Shown: positions 9,214 through 19,200 of the stretch, one piece after another
Layout: the number at the start of each line of letters is the position of its first letter
How positions within the stretch are numbered: the stretch's first letter is position 1
NCBI GenBank assembly: GCA_035299085.1
Contig: DATGXG010000019.1
Coordinates: 78,783 to 142,782, forward strand
Source of the DNA: Bacteroidales bacterium
GTDB lineage: Bacteria > Bacteroidota > Bacteroidia > Bacteroidales > UBA10428
Reading direction: 5' to 3'
Length of the DNA: 64,000 bases
The notes under the pieces: model-generated
Databases searched by the model: none
What the model was told of the DNA's origin: nothing
What the model saw: only the letters and a program-made list of their open reading frames with translations
Made by a program: the position numbers and the translations under genes

Positions 9214-9628
9214 GGGCTTTCAGGGTATCTGTCATATCACCCATATCGGTCCCCTGGTCGGCAGCCGTATCCACTATGATATCCTGGTACACATTCTCAT
9301 CATGCTGGAAATCTTCGAACCTCGGAGGACCGTTTCTGAACATCTCCCTTATAACCGGTGAGCTTATTTTTGAAAATGCGAATCCCCAGACCGAAGCAAA
9401 GGTCAAACCCACAATGGAACATACAAGCGCAGCTATTATAAGACCTTTAGGACCGAAACCACGGTTGGCCTGGGAAAGGGCAACCAGACTGAGAACTATA
9501 CCGATGATGCCGAATAATATTCCGACAACAAAGGTACAGGGAATAATTCCCATGGGAATAGCAAGGATACCTAATATAAGTCCTGCAATGCCTAATCCCT
9601 GACCTGCTGAGCTTTTTGGTTCTTCCAT
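9188..9628 (-). CDS. Small membrane protein, DUF4190-like
   Basis: GLGIAGLILGILAIPMGIIPC...GIIGIVLSLVAL glycine-zipper TM pair followed by an acidic tail. Confidence 0.45.
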   Translation of the reverse strand: MEEPKSSAGQGLGIAGLILGILAIPMGIIPCTFVVGILFGIIGIVLSLVALSQANRGFGPKGLIIAALVCSIVGLTFASVWGFAFSKISSPVIREMFRNGPPRFEDFQHDENVYQDIIVDTAADQGTDMGDMTDTLKALEGEDSIR

Positions 9629-9814
9629 GGTGTGATGTGTTTAATCAAATATACAATTTTTACTGTTCCTGACGTAATAATCTTCTAAAATCAAAAATCA
9701 GTGTTCGTTGTTCGATGTTGCTGGGACCTATAAGACCTTTGGGACCAATGGGACATTGCAAATTCTGAAACAACTCTGACAGGTCCTTCTGACTCTGTCA
9801 GGTTGTTCCATACC

Positions 9815-11956
9815 TTAATTATGCAGCGTATCCAGCAGCACTTCAAGTATTTTGCGTGCAGCGACGGATACAGAGGTACCGGGGCCAAAAATGCCCACTA
9901 CACCCGACTTATAAAGAAAATCATAATCCTGTGCAGGTATTACGCCTCCCACGATGACCATGATATCTTCGCGACCCAGGTTCTTCAGCTCATCTATTAC
10001 CTGCGGAACAAGAGTCTTATGTCCGCCGGCCAGACTGGAAACACCAAGCACATGAACATCATTTTCAACAGCCTGGCGTGCAGCTTCTGCAGGGGTCTGG
10101 AACAACGGGCCGATATCCACATCAAAACCGATGTCGGCATAGCCTGTGCTCACCACCTTGGCCCCGCGATCATGTCCGTCCTGTCCCATCTTGGCAATCA
10201 TGATCCTCGGCTGACGGCCCTCCTGCTTTGCAAATTGGCCGCAAAGATTGCGGGCTATTGTATAGCTTTCTTCGCCTGCCGATTCGGATGAATATATACC
10301 TGATATCGACCTGATGAAAGCTTTATACCGGCCGCTGACCTTCTCGATGGCATAGGATATCTCGCCCAGGGTTGCCCTTACTTTGGCAGCTTCGATTGAC
10401 AATTCAAGCAGATTGCCCGTGTTGTTTCTGACAGCCTCTGTTATGTTGTTCAAGGCAATCTCAACAGCCTGCTGATCGCGTGAAGCCTTTACTTCACTCA
10501 GCCTCTTCAGCTGTGCCTCACGAACTGCCGTGTTATTCACTTCAAGGATGTCGATGGGATCTTCCTTATCAAGCCTGTACTTGTTTACCCCCACAATGAT
10601 ATCTTTTTTCGCATCAATACGCGCCTGTTTTCTGGCGGCCGCTTCCTCGATGCGCATCTTCGGTAGTCCGGTTTCGATAGCCTTCGCCATTCCGCCCAGC
10701 TTTTCGATTTCCTGGATCAGGTCCCATGCTTTACGGGCTATTTCATTTGTGAGATATTCAACATAATAAGAACCTCCCCATGGATCCACGGTTCTTGTGA
10801 TATTCGTTTCCTCCTGGAGGTAAATCTGCGTGTTACGGGCAATACGGGCTGAAAAGTCAGTTGGCAGAGCTATTGCTTCATCGAGGGCATTGGTGTGCAG
10901 ACTCTGCGTGTGACCCAGCGCAGCGGCCATGGCCTCAATACATGTGCGGGCCACATTGTTGAATGGGTCCTGTTCCGTGAGGCTCCATCCTGATGTTTGC
11001 GAATGAGTCCGCAATGCGAGTGACTTCGGATTCTTCGGGTTGAACTGGCTTACAATTTTTGCCCACAGCATACGGGCGGCGCGCATTTTTGCTATTTCCA
11101 TAAAATGATTCATTCCGATTGCCCAGAAGAACGAAAGCCTGGGAGCAAAGGAATCAATATCAAGCCCTGAATTCACTCCCGTTCTCAGGTATTCCAGTCC
11201 GTCAGCCAGTGTATAGGCCAGCTCAATATCAGCAGTTGCACCGGCCTCCTGCATATGGTAACCGGAAATGCTGATCGAATTGAACTTAGGCATATGCTGC
11301 GAGGTAAACCTGAAAATGTCAGCAATGATCCGCATTGACGTTTCAGGCGGATAGATGTATGTATTGCGGACCATAAACTCTTTGAGGATGTCGTTCTGAA
11401 TGGTTCCGCTGAGCTCTTCGAGTTTGGCACCCTGCTCAAGAGCAGCAACAATGTAAAAGGCCATTACAGGAAGAACGGCACCGTTCATTGTCATGGATAC
11501 CGACATCTTGTTGAGCGGAATCTGGTCGAACAGGATCTTCATATCGGCAATTGAATCAATCGCCACACCGGCTTTGCCGACATCTCCCACTACTCTTTCA
11601 TGATCCGAATCGTATCCGCGATGAGTTGCCAGGTCAAAGGCAACGGAAAGACCTTTCTGTCCTGCGGCCAAATTCCTCCTGTAAAAGGCATTGGATTCCT
11701 CAGCTGTTGAAAAGCCCGCGTACTGCCTTATCGTCCAGGGCTGCATCACATACATAGTGGAATAAGGTCCGCGAAGGAAAGGAGGAATACCTGCCGCATA
11801 GGAAAGATGCTCCATGTTTTCGAGATCCTCCTTTGTAAATACGGGCTTCACCTGGATATGCTCTGCAGTAATCCAGTCTTCCTTCTGTTTCGGCTGCGAA
11901 GCAACAGATGGCCTTGTATTGGTGCTAATCTTTATATTTTTATAATCAGGTTTCAT
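9815..11956 (-). CDS. mutB: Methylmalonyl-CoA mutase, large (catalytic, B12-binding) subunit
   Basis: 713 aa with a highly conserved mutase core ([17 protein letters not shown]) and a C-terminal B12-binding DxHxxG motif ([12 protein letters not shown]). Confidence 0.95.
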   Translation of the reverse strand: MKPDYKNIKISTNTRPSVASQPKQKEDWITAEHIQVKPVFTKEDLENMEHLSYAAGIPPFLRGPYSTMYVMQPWTIRQYAGFSTAEESNAFYRRNLAAGQKGLSVAFDLATHRGYDSDHERVVGDVGKAGVAIDSIADMKILFDQIPLNKMSVSMTMNGAVLPVMAFYIVAALEQGAKLEELSGTIQNDILKEFMVRNTYIYPPETSMRIIADIFRFTSQHMPKFNSISISGYHMQEAGATADIELAYTLADGLEYLRTGVNSGLDIDSFAPRLSFFWAIGMNHFMEIAKMRAARMLWAKIVSQFNPKNPKSLALRTHSQTSGWSLTEQDPFNNVARTCIEAMAAALGHTQSLHTNALDEAIALPTDFSARIARNTQIYLQEETNITRTVDPWGGSYYVEYLTNEIARKAWDLIQEIEKLGGMAKAIETGLPKMRIEEAAARKQARIDAKKDIIVGVNKYRLDKEDPIDILEVNNTAVREAQLKRLSEVKASRDQQAVEIALNNITEAVRNNTGNLLELSIEAAKVRATLGEISYAIEKVSGRYKAFIRSISGIYSSESAGEESYTIARNLCGQFAKQEGRQPRIMIAKMGQDGHDRGAKVVSTGYADIGFDVDIGPLFQTPAEAARQAVENDVHVLGVSSLAGGHKTLVPQVIDELKNLGREDIMVIVGGVIPAQDYDFLYKSGVVGIFGPGTSVSVAARKILEVLLDTLHN

Positions 11957-11962
11957 GAGATG

Positions 11963-13840
11963 TTACTGTTTAATTTGAATACCCAGTTTGCTGTGGAAAT
12001 GCCTCAGCGTCTCCAGCACATTGGAACGCATATGGATGAACTCGGTGATTCCTTTTTGCTTCAATTCTTCCATCGAAGCCGGGGCACCGGCAACAACCAC
12101 AATTGCCCTGTCACCAACAAGTTGAGCCACTTCAGGGGCAAATCCGGTGTATTCATCATCGCTGCTGCAAACTACAATGATATCAGCCTTCGCAGCAAAA
12201 GCTGCATCAACACCCTCTTTTTCATTTTTGAATCCCAGGTTGTCGATCACCTCGTAACCTGCACAGGCAAAGAAATTGGCCGAAAACTGCGAACGGGCCA
12301 ATCGCATCGCCAGGTTACCATAGGTAAGCATGAAAACTCTCGGACGATGACCGGGATATTTTTCAACAGAAAGACGTAATTTTTCGAATTCCGCTGCAGC
12401 TCTCCTCGGCATAACCGGTTCAGTAAGTTTTTCCGAATTCAGGTTAGCTGCCGGAAAGGCAATTTCCTCATTGATGCATCCGTTCACGCTTTCATTCACT
12501 GCCGGGTACTGATTCGTTCCGAGCAATGATTCGCGCCTTGAAGCAATCAGGTCAAGCCGCTGGCGTGCAGTTTTTTCGAGTTCACCATTAATGAATCCTG
12601 AAAGGAATGATTTTGTAAATCCTCCCTGTTCATCAATCTTTATGAAAAGTTCCCAGGCATAATGAATCAGCGAATCCGTGAGCGATTCAATATAATAAGA
12701 ACCCGCAGCAGGATCCACCACTTTGTTGAAATAGGATTCCTCCCTGAGGATTATCTGGATATTTCTTGCAAGTCTTTCTGATAAATCGGTAGGTTCATTG
12801 TATACCGTGTCAAAGGGCATAACTAACAACGAATTGCAGCCGCCCAGCACGGCTGACATAGCCTCGGTGGTTAACCGCAGCAGGTTTACATGCGGATCAT
12901 ATAATGTCTTGTTCCAGGTTGTCGTTATACTGTGGATAAATACAGGTGTTATCCGGGTGGTCGGATTAAATGCGCTCACCAGGTTTGAAACGAGCACCCT
13001 GGCAGCCCGCACTTTAGCAATTTCCATGAAGTAATCCGATCCGGTACCGAGGTTCCATTGCATGTGCCTCAATACTTCGGTTGCCGGCCGCTGTTCGTCA
13101 GCAAGGTTTACAAGATAATCGGAAATCATCGACAATCCGAAAGCCAGTTCCTGAACCACTGTTGCACCTGCATCACTGAACAGGTGGCTGTTTGCAGCAA
13201 GCGTGCGAAGAGAGGGAGCTTCCCTGAGAACGATGTCCATCATCTTCCGGGCGGCTTCCATATCATCCTGCTCCGAATAATAGAATCCTCCTGTAGCCGC
13301 AAGGTGACCCAGCGGATCAAATTCAACAGCCCCTTTGAAAGCCTCTCTTTTATTTCCTGATTCATCAAGTGCTTTAAACAGAAAATCGAGGATTTGAGGG
13401 GCATCATTTCCTGTAATGAAGTTTAACTGAACAGCTGAAGAATCCAGGCCTGTAACCAGTTTTCTGAATTCATCATAATGTATGCCGCCTTTGCGTTTCA
13501 GATCAAAACCGATTGAGCCGGCACCACGGCTTGCGGCTGTAAAAGCCTTCTCAACGGCGGCTTCTGTTTCGGTAACTTTGAAATCCTGCCTTATAAGCCA
13601 GCTGTTACAGCATGTCCTGTTTCCGCGCGCAAAAGGAAAAGTAGCAGGCGCGTGGTCAAGATATTTCAGCTTTTCAAGGTCTTCACGGGTATAATACGGT
13701 TTAATGCTGATATTTTCCGGTGTCTTCCGGATAAGTTTTTTGGCATAATCAGCACCTTTAAGGTCTTCGTGGATTTTTGCCTCCCATTCCGCCACGGTAA
13801 CCGGTGGAAAGGAAGAAAATAGTTGTTGCTGTTCGTCCAT
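11963..13840 (-). CDS. mutA: Methylmalonyl-CoA mutase, small subunit
   Basis: 625-aa paralogue lying 6 nt upstream of mutB. It has the mutase fold motifs (RLARNIQIILREES) but no DxHxxG motif. Confidence 0.9.
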   Translation of the reverse strand: MDEQQQLFSSFPPVTVAEWEAKIHEDLKGADYAKKLIRKTPENISIKPYYTREDLEKLKYLDHAPATFPFARGNRTCCNSWLIRQDFKVTETEAAVEKAFTAASRGAGSIGFDLKRKGGIHYDEFRKLVTGLDSSAVQLNFITGNDAPQILDFLFKALDESGNKREAFKGAVEFDPLGHLAATGGFYYSEQDDMEAARKMMDIVLREAPSLRTLAANSHLFSDAGATVVQELAFGLSMISDYLVNLADEQRPATEVLRHMQWNLGTGSDYFMEIAKVRAARVLVSNLVSAFNPTTRITPVFIHSITTTWNKTLYDPHVNLLRLTTEAMSAVLGGCNSLLVMPFDTVYNEPTDLSERLARNIQIILREESYFNKVVDPAAGSYYIESLTDSLIHYAWELFIKIDEQGGFTKSFLSGFINGELEKTARQRLDLIASRRESLLGTNQYPAVNESVNGCINEEIAFPAANLNSEKLTEPVMPRRAAAEFEKLRLSVEKYPGHRPRVFMLTYGNLAMRLARSQFSANFFACAGYEVIDNLGFKNEKEGVDAAFAAKADIIVVCSSDDEYTGFAPEVAQLVGDRAIVVVAGAPASMEELKQKGITEFIHMRSNVLETLRHFHSKLGIQIKQ

Positions 13841-13870
13841 TTTATGTTGGTTAATCTTTTTTTATCAATT

Positions 13871-13892
13871 GAGATGCGATAAATCGCGTCTC
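13871..13892 (-). terminator. Hairpin GAGATGCGA-TAAA-TCGCGTCTC downstream of fumC; same family as 1035-1058
   Basis: The inverted repeat was read directly. It lies between the fumC stop (13904) and the mutA start (13840). Confidence 0.45.
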
Positions 13893-13903
13893 TACGAGCG
13901 TAT

Positions 13904-15289
13904 TTAAATCATTTTAGCGGGATTTACCCACTGGTCAAACTGTTCGGCGGTCACCAGGCCAAGTTCTATAGCGGTTTCCTTCAGTGTCTTTTTCTCCTTA
14001 TGCGCTTTCTTCGCAATTTTGGCGGCGTTCTCATAACCGATATGCGGGTTAAGTGCAGTTACAAGCATCAGAGAATTATCAAGATGCTCCTTTATCACTT
14101 CGTAATTCGGAACAATGCCTTCTGCGCATTTTTCAGTGAAAGATACGCATGCATCACCAAGCAGGCGGGCCGACTGCAGCACATTGGCTGCAATGAGCGG
14201 TTTGAATACATTGAGTTCAAAATGACCGGTCATTCCGCCGATTGTTACTGCCACATCATTGCCGGCTACCTGGGCACAAACCATAGTGAGTGCTTCAGGC
14301 TGGGTGGGATTTACCTTTCCCGGCATAATGGATGAACCTGGTTCGTTATCGGGAATCACGATTTCACCAATCCCACAACGCGGACCGGAGCTCAGCATTC
14401 GAACATCATTTGCGATTTTCATCAGCGCCGTTGCTGCTCTTTTAAGGGCTGCGCTCAATTCCACCATGGCATCATGAGCTGCAAGGGCTTCAAACTTGTT
14501 AGGGGCAGTGATAAACGGAAGGCCCGTTAATCCGGCAATCTTTTTTGCCACCAGTACATCATAGCCCTTAGGCGCATTTAAGCCAGTTCCAACAGCTGTA
14601 CCGCCAAGAGCAAGCTCACGAACGGCTTCCAGCGCATTCCGGATGGCACGTATGGAGTTGTCGATCTGCTGTACATATCCCGAAAATGCCTGTCCCAGCG
14701 ATAGAGGCGTGGCGTCCATAAAATGCGTACGGCCGGTTTTCACCACATCCTTAAATTCAATGGCTTTCCTATTCAGCGTTTCACGCAATTTCTGCATTCC
14801 GGGGAGAGTAACTTCCACTGCCATTTTGTAGGCGGCAATATGCATGGCGGTAGGGAAGGTATCATTCGAGGACTGCGACTTATTCACATCATCATTCGGA
14901 TGCAGAACCTTCTTGTCATCTGTGAGTTTTCCCCCTGAAAGGACATGAGCACGATAGGCAATAACCTCATTCACGTTCATGTTCGACTGGGTACCTGAAC
15001 CGGTTTGCCAGATCACCAGTGGAAATTCATCATTCAGCTTTCCTTCGAGTATTTCATCACAAACCTGCGAAATAAGATTCAGCTTATCCTTCGGAAGCAC
15101 TCCCAGTTCAGCGTTTGCCAGGGCCGCGGCCTTTTTCAGGTAAGCAAAAGCATGGATGATTTCACGGGGCATACTGGCTTCGGGACCAATTTTAAAATTG
15201 TTTCTAGACCGTTCCGTCTGCGCTCCCCAGTACCGTGTTGCCGGTACCTTTACTTCTCCCATTGTGTCGTGTTCGGTTCTGTAATCCAT
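13904..15289 (-). CDS. fumC: Class II fumarate hydratase
   Basis: 461 aa with the [11 protein letters not shown] signature and conservation throughout. Confidence 0.95.
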   Translation of the reverse strand: MDYRTEHDTMGEVKVPATRYWGAQTERSRNNFKIGPEASMPREIIHAFAYLKKAAALANAELGVLPKDKLNLISQVCDEILEGKLNDEFPLVIWQTGSGTQSNMNVNEVIAYRAHVLSGGKLTDDKKVLHPNDDVNKSQSSNDTFPTAMHIAAYKMAVEVTLPGMQKLRETLNRKAIEFKDVVKTGRTHFMDATPLSLGQAFSGYVQQIDNSIRAIRNALEAVRELALGGTAVGTGLNAPKGYDVLVAKKIAGLTGLPFITAPNKFEALAAHDAMVELSAALKRAATALMKIANDVRMLSSGPRCGIGEIVIPDNEPGSSIMPGKVNPTQPEALTMVCAQVAGNDVAVTIGGMTGHFELNVFKPLIAANVLQSARLLGDACVSFTEKCAEGIVPNYEVIKEHLDNSLMLVTALNPHIGYENAAKIAKKAHKEKKTLKETAIELGLVTAEQFDQWVNPAKMI

Positions 15290-15296
15290 ATTAATT

Positions 15297-15400
15297 GTTT
15301 GATAGTGTTTGAATTAGTTTGAATAAGTTTGAAATGCTTGTTTTGACAAAGATTTATAACCTTTTCAAACGATTTCAAACGTCCTCAAACCGTTTCAAAC
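15297..15400. repeat. Phased decamer array: 4x GTTTGA(A/T) then 4x TCAAAC, each with exact 10-bp spacing
   Basis: GTTTGA at 15297, 15307, 15317 and 15327. TCAAAC at 15365, 15375, 15385 and 15395. Confidence 0.9.
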
Positions 15401-15402
15401 GG

Positions 15403-16492
15403 TTATTTACCAGCAAATTCCATCAAATACGCCTTTATAAATGCATTAATATCGCCATCCAGCACTCCCTGAGTGTCGGATGTTTCATAGTCGGTCCTGA
15501 GGTCTTTCACAAGCCTGTAAGGATGCAGCACATAACTCCGGATCTGGCTTCCCCACTCGATTTTCTTTTTCTGGCCTTCGATCTCGGCCTGCTTTTCCAT
15601 TCTTTTCCGCAGCTCCATTTCGTATAAATGCGATTTCAGAATTCTCATTGCATTTTCTTTATTCTGAAGCTGTGATCTCGTCTCTGTATTATCCACGGTG
15701 ATACCGGTAGGCAAATGCCTTACCCTCACACCGGTTTCCACCTTGTTTACATTTTGTCCGCCTGCACCGCTCGACCGGAAGTAGTCGAACTCAATATCGG
15801 CGGGATTTATGACGATTTCGATTGTATCTTCAACAACAGGCGATACAAACACTGATGCAAAAGAAGTGTGCCGTTTATGATTGGAATCAAACGGTGAAAG
15901 CCGCACCAGCCGGTGTACTCCGTTTTCTGCCCTAAGATAACCATAGGCATACTCGCCGTCGAATTCAAGTGTAACCGATTTTATACCGGCATCATCTCCT
16001 TCGAGGTAACTCACTTCGCGAACTGCATAGTTGTTCCGTTCTCCCCAGCGGATGTACATACGCATAAGCATCTGCGCCCAATCCTGGCTTTCGGTTCCAC
16101 CGGCACCCGAATTGATTTTCAGAATGGCCCCCATGCGGTCTTCTTCACTCCGGAGCATATTCCGGAATTCCAGATCCTCAACAAGGCCAAGCGTTGAAGC
16201 ATATTGCTTGTCAATTTCTTCTTCCGTGGCTTCCCCTTCCTTATAAAAATCAAACAATACAGTGAGGTCATCAACATCTTTTTTTAGTTGATGATACCCT
16301 GTAGTCCAGCTTTTTAAGGTGGAAATGTCCTTCAGTTTTTTCTCGGCGGCTTTGGGATCGTTCCAGAAATCGGGAGCATGTGTCTTCTCCTCTTCTTCTT
16401 TTATCCGGGCAAGTTTATGATCGATGTCAAAGATACCTCCCCAGGGCGTCTGTGCGCTCTGTTAACGCTTTAATCTGTTCAATGGTAACCAT
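15403..16492 (-). CDS. prfB: Peptide chain release factor 2, in two frames joined by a programmed +1 frameshift
   Basis: Frame 0 reads MVTIEQIKALTERTDALGRYL and then reaches TGA. The +1 frame continues DIDHKLARIKEEEEKTHAPDFW... into the 284-aa tracked ORF. SPF and GGQ motifs are present. Confidence 0.93.
16426..16442 (-). promoter_or_regulatory. RF2 autoregulatory frameshift site GGGAGG-TAT-CTT-TGA-C
   Basis: The minus strand reads GGGAGGTATCTTTGAC. An SD-like element lies 3 nt before the CTT slippery codon, which is followed by an in-frame TGA C. Confidence 0.9.
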
Positions 16493-16557
16493 GAACTGCA
16501 GTTTTGATTAAGGGGACAAATGTATGAAAAAAAGCCTATATACGGCATAGCAATTTC

Positions 16558-17010
16558 TTACTCGCCCTGGTCGCCCAGAAACTCCCGCATATCGTCAAAC
16601 GCGTACCCCCTTGAAGCACCATACCTGGCCAGTTTGGCCCAAATCTCATAAGGCGCTCCCTTAACTGATTTCCGCTTTTTCGAAATCTCATGCCCGATCA
16701 TGCTTCTGTATTCACTGCGATCGATTTCATTAAATGCTTCTTCAATGGTTTCATTTGAAATACCTTTCTGCTGCAACATGAGCCTGATTTTCACAAGGCC
16801 CCAGTGATCAAACCTGATTTTATCGCTTGTATAGGCAATGGCAAAACGGGTCTCATCCAGGTACTTTTCATCCTTCAACGACTGCAGGATTTGTTGCCGG
16901 TCATCTTCAGGCACATCCCATTTCCTGAGCAATGCCATAATGTCTGCAGGGCTCTTCTCCTGTCCGCTGCAGATGTGTTTCAACTTATTAAGAGCTACTT
17001 CCTGATTCAT
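16558..17010 (-). CDS. recX: RecX family regulatory protein
   Basis: Three-repeat helical RecX pattern (QEKSPADIMALLRKWDV...QILQSLKDEKYLDETRFA...). ATG at 17010 is preferred because upstream codons run through a decamer repeat array. Confidence 0.75.
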   Translation of the reverse strand: MNQEVALNKLKHICSGQEKSPADIMALLRKWDVPEDDRQQILQSLKDEKYLDETRFAIAYTSDKIRFDHWGLVKIRLMLQQKGISNETIEEAFNEIDRSEYRSMIGHEISKKRKSVKGAPYEIWAKLARYGASRGYAFDDMREFLGDQGE

Positions 17011-17019
17011 TTTTGTATT

Positions 17020-17154
17020 GTTTGATAGCTTCGCTGTTTGAATGTTTCGCGTTTGAATGCTTCGCTGTTTGAGAAAGTTTGAAAAAGAGTTTGAAACTGT
17101 TTGAAAACTCAAACTACATCAAACTACTTCAAACTACATCAAACTACTTCAAAC
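17020..17154. repeat. Phased array: 7x GTTTGA followed by 5x TCAAACTAC(A/T) tandem decamers
   Basis: GTTTGA at 17020, 17037, 17051, 17067, 17077, 17089 and 17099. TCAAAC at 17109, 17119, 17129, 17139 and 17149. Confidence 0.9.
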
Positions 17155-18011
17155 TACTTCTTCGCTTTAATCATTCTGAATTTCCCGTTCAGATCCTTCC
17201 TTACTTCCACTGCATACAATCCTGCTGATTTAAGAAGCGTGGAAACCTCATCGGGAAATTTCTCATTGATCTCAAGGTACAGTGAACCGCCATCCAGGAG
17301 GTTTTTACGGGCCAACAATGCTATTCTTTTATAAAAAACAAGCGGATCGTGATCCGGCACAAACAAAGCTATGTGCGGTTCAAAATCAAGTACATTCTTT
17401 TTCATCAGAACAATCTCTTCCGGTGTCACGTAGGGAGGATTGCTGACCATTACCTGGTACCTGCCCGGCAACGCATCATTATCATTTAAAAGATTGAAGT
17501 TGAAAAATTCAACAGAAGCCTTGTTGAGCCCGGCATTCTTTTTGGCCACAGCCAGGGCACCCGCAGAAATATCACATGCTGAAACCGCAGCCTTTTTCAA
17601 ATTTACAGACAGGGATACCGCTATGCAACCACTTCCCGTAGCCAGGTCAACAATCCTGCACTGGTTCTCCGGCTCTGAATTGATAATCCAATGTACCAGT
17701 TCCTCAGTTTCCTGACGCGGTATTAACACATGCCTGTCTACTTCAAATGTCAGTCCATAAAACCAGGCATAACCAAATATGTACTGTATAGGCTCCCATT
17801 TTTTCAGCCTGGCTAATATTTCGTCGAATTTCCTGAGGCTTGCATCTGAAATCGGTTGATCCGACTTAAGAAAAGTGTCAATTTTGCTGTAATTTAGCAC
17901 ATGTTCGGAGGCCAGTAAGAAAATCTGACTGATTTCCGCATCAGGATAGTAACCTGAAAGCCCTGACCGGAACTGCTGCCTGATCTCTGAAAGTACGGTT
18001 GTGGTTTCCAT
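17154..18011 (-). CDS. prmC: Release factor glutamine N5-methyltransferase
   Basis: SAM motif (VDLATGSGCIA) and the NPPY motif (VSNPPYV). Confidence 0.9.
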   Translation of the reverse strand: METTTVLSEIRQQFRSGLSGYYPDAEISQIFLLASEHVLNYSKIDTFLKSDQPISDASLRKFDEILARLKKWEPIQYIFGYAWFYGLTFEVDRHVLIPRQETEELVHWIINSEPENQCRIVDLATGSGCIAVSLSVNLKKAAVSACDISAGALAVAKKNAGLNKASVEFFNFNLLNDNDALPGRYQVMVSNPPYVTPEEIVLMKKNVLDFEPHIALFVPDHDPLVFYKRIALLARKNLLDGGSLYLEINEKFPDEVSTLLKSAGLYAVEVRKDLNGKFRMIKAKK

Positions 18012-18033
18012 CAGGTAAATTTAAATAAAGTAC

Positions 18034-19086
18034 ATGACACAGAAGTCAACGGCGGAAACATATATGCAAAGATGTCTTGATCTGGCGGTTACCGGATTGG
18101 GAAAAACAGCTCCGAATCCAATGGTCGGAGCGGTGATTGTTCACAACGACCAGATCATCGGTGAAGGATATCATAAAGCTTTCGGAGGTCCGCATGCTGA
18201 AGTCAATGCCGTGAATGCAGTAAGGGATAAAAAGATGTTAAAGGATTCCACTCTTTATGTAAACCTTGAACCCTGCTCCCATACCGGAAAAACTCCACCC
18301 TGTGCTGATCTTATCATAAACAGCGGCATCCCGCGTGTGGTAGGCGGCATGACTGATCCCAACCCGGTTGTGGCAGGCAGCGGATTTTCAAAATTGCGCA
18401 GTGCCGGTGTGGAAGTCGTTACTGATGTCCTTCACGATGAATGCCTTGAATTGAACAGGAGGTTTATCCTGTTTCATACCCGGCGCCGGCCTTATATTAT
18501 TCTGAAATGGGCACAAACAAGCGATTGTTTTATTGACGTGCTCAGGGGACAGAAAGAATACCCCCAGCCAACCTGGATTTCAAATGAAATTTCAAGGATG
18601 CTGGTTCACAAATGGCGGAGTGAAGAACAATCGATCCTTGTCGGCACCAACACCGCCATCATGGATAATCCGCGGCTAAACGTAAGGGAATGGCCGGGCA
18701 GTTCACCATTGCGAATGGTAATCGATAAAACACTTAAATTGCCTAAAATTTTGAATTTGTTCGATAACAGCAATCCTACAGTTGTTTTCAATTCACTCAG
18801 TGATGAACAGTCAGGAAATACCCGTTATGCAAAAGTCGCTTTTGACGATACTTTCCTTGAAAATATGCTGAGCTGGCTATTTGAAGCCGGGATTCAATCT
18901 GTACTGGTTGAAGGCGGAAAAATTCTCCTCAACAGCCTGATCCGTAAGAACCTGTGGGATGAGGCCAGGGTGTTTAAAGGCAATAAACTTTTCGGGCAGG
19001 GGGTTACGGCACCTTCCATTCCTTTGTCGAATCCCGAAGAATATCTTATCCGCGAAGACCTGCTTATGATTTACCGAAACAGGTAA
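18034..19086 (+). CDS. ribD: Bifunctional riboflavin biosynthesis deaminase/reductase
   Basis: CMP/dCMP deaminase zinc motifs (HAEVNA, PCSHTGKTPPC) followed by a RibD C-terminal reductase domain. Confidence 0.9.
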   Translation: MTQKSTAETYMQRCLDLAVTGLGKTAPNPMVGAVIVHNDQIIGEGYHKAFGGPHAEVNAVNAVRDKKMLKDSTLYVNLEPCSHTGKTPPCADLIINSGIPRVVGGMTDPNPVVAGSGFSKLRSAGVEVVTDVLHDECLELNRRFILFHTRRRPYIILKWAQTSDCFIDVLRGQKEYPQPTWISNEISRMLVHKWRSEEQSILVGTNTAIMDNPRLNVREWPGSSPLRMVIDKTLKLPKILNLFDNSNPTVVFNSLSDEQSGNTRYAKVAFDDTFLENMLSWLFEAGIQSVLVEGGKILLNSLIRKNLWDEARVFKGNKLFGQGVTAPSIPLSNPEEYLIREDLLMIYRNR

Positions 19087-19200
19087 ATTCAATCCTGTAC
19101 CTGCTAAAAACAACCATTTTTAAAATAATCCGTATCAATACTTTACCATAATTATAAATACTTTCAACCTGACATTTATCGTAAAGTAAATCAACGGATT

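Noticed and set aside
9803-15322. Many 60-190 aa ORFs antisense to or overlapping mutB, mutA and fumC (for example 9803..10291, 11807..12379, 13058..13360, 15005..15322)
   Set aside because: They lie entirely inside long, strongly conserved genes on the opposite strand or in another frame. They have no recognisable motifs. They are typical shadow ORFs.
17011-17112. 34-codon N-terminal extension of recX
   Set aside because: It runs through the GTTTGA decamer array, giving a low-complexity translation. RecX homology starts near the Met at 17010.
15297-17154. Considered whether the GTTTGAA/TCAAAC arrays could be CRISPR arrays or DnaA-box clusters
   Set aside because: The period is 10 bp with no unique spacers and no cas genes. 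The motif does not resemble the TTATCCACA DnaA box.
18012-18033. FMN riboswitch upstream of ribD
   Set aside because: Only 22 nt separate prmC and ribD, which is far too short for an RFN element.
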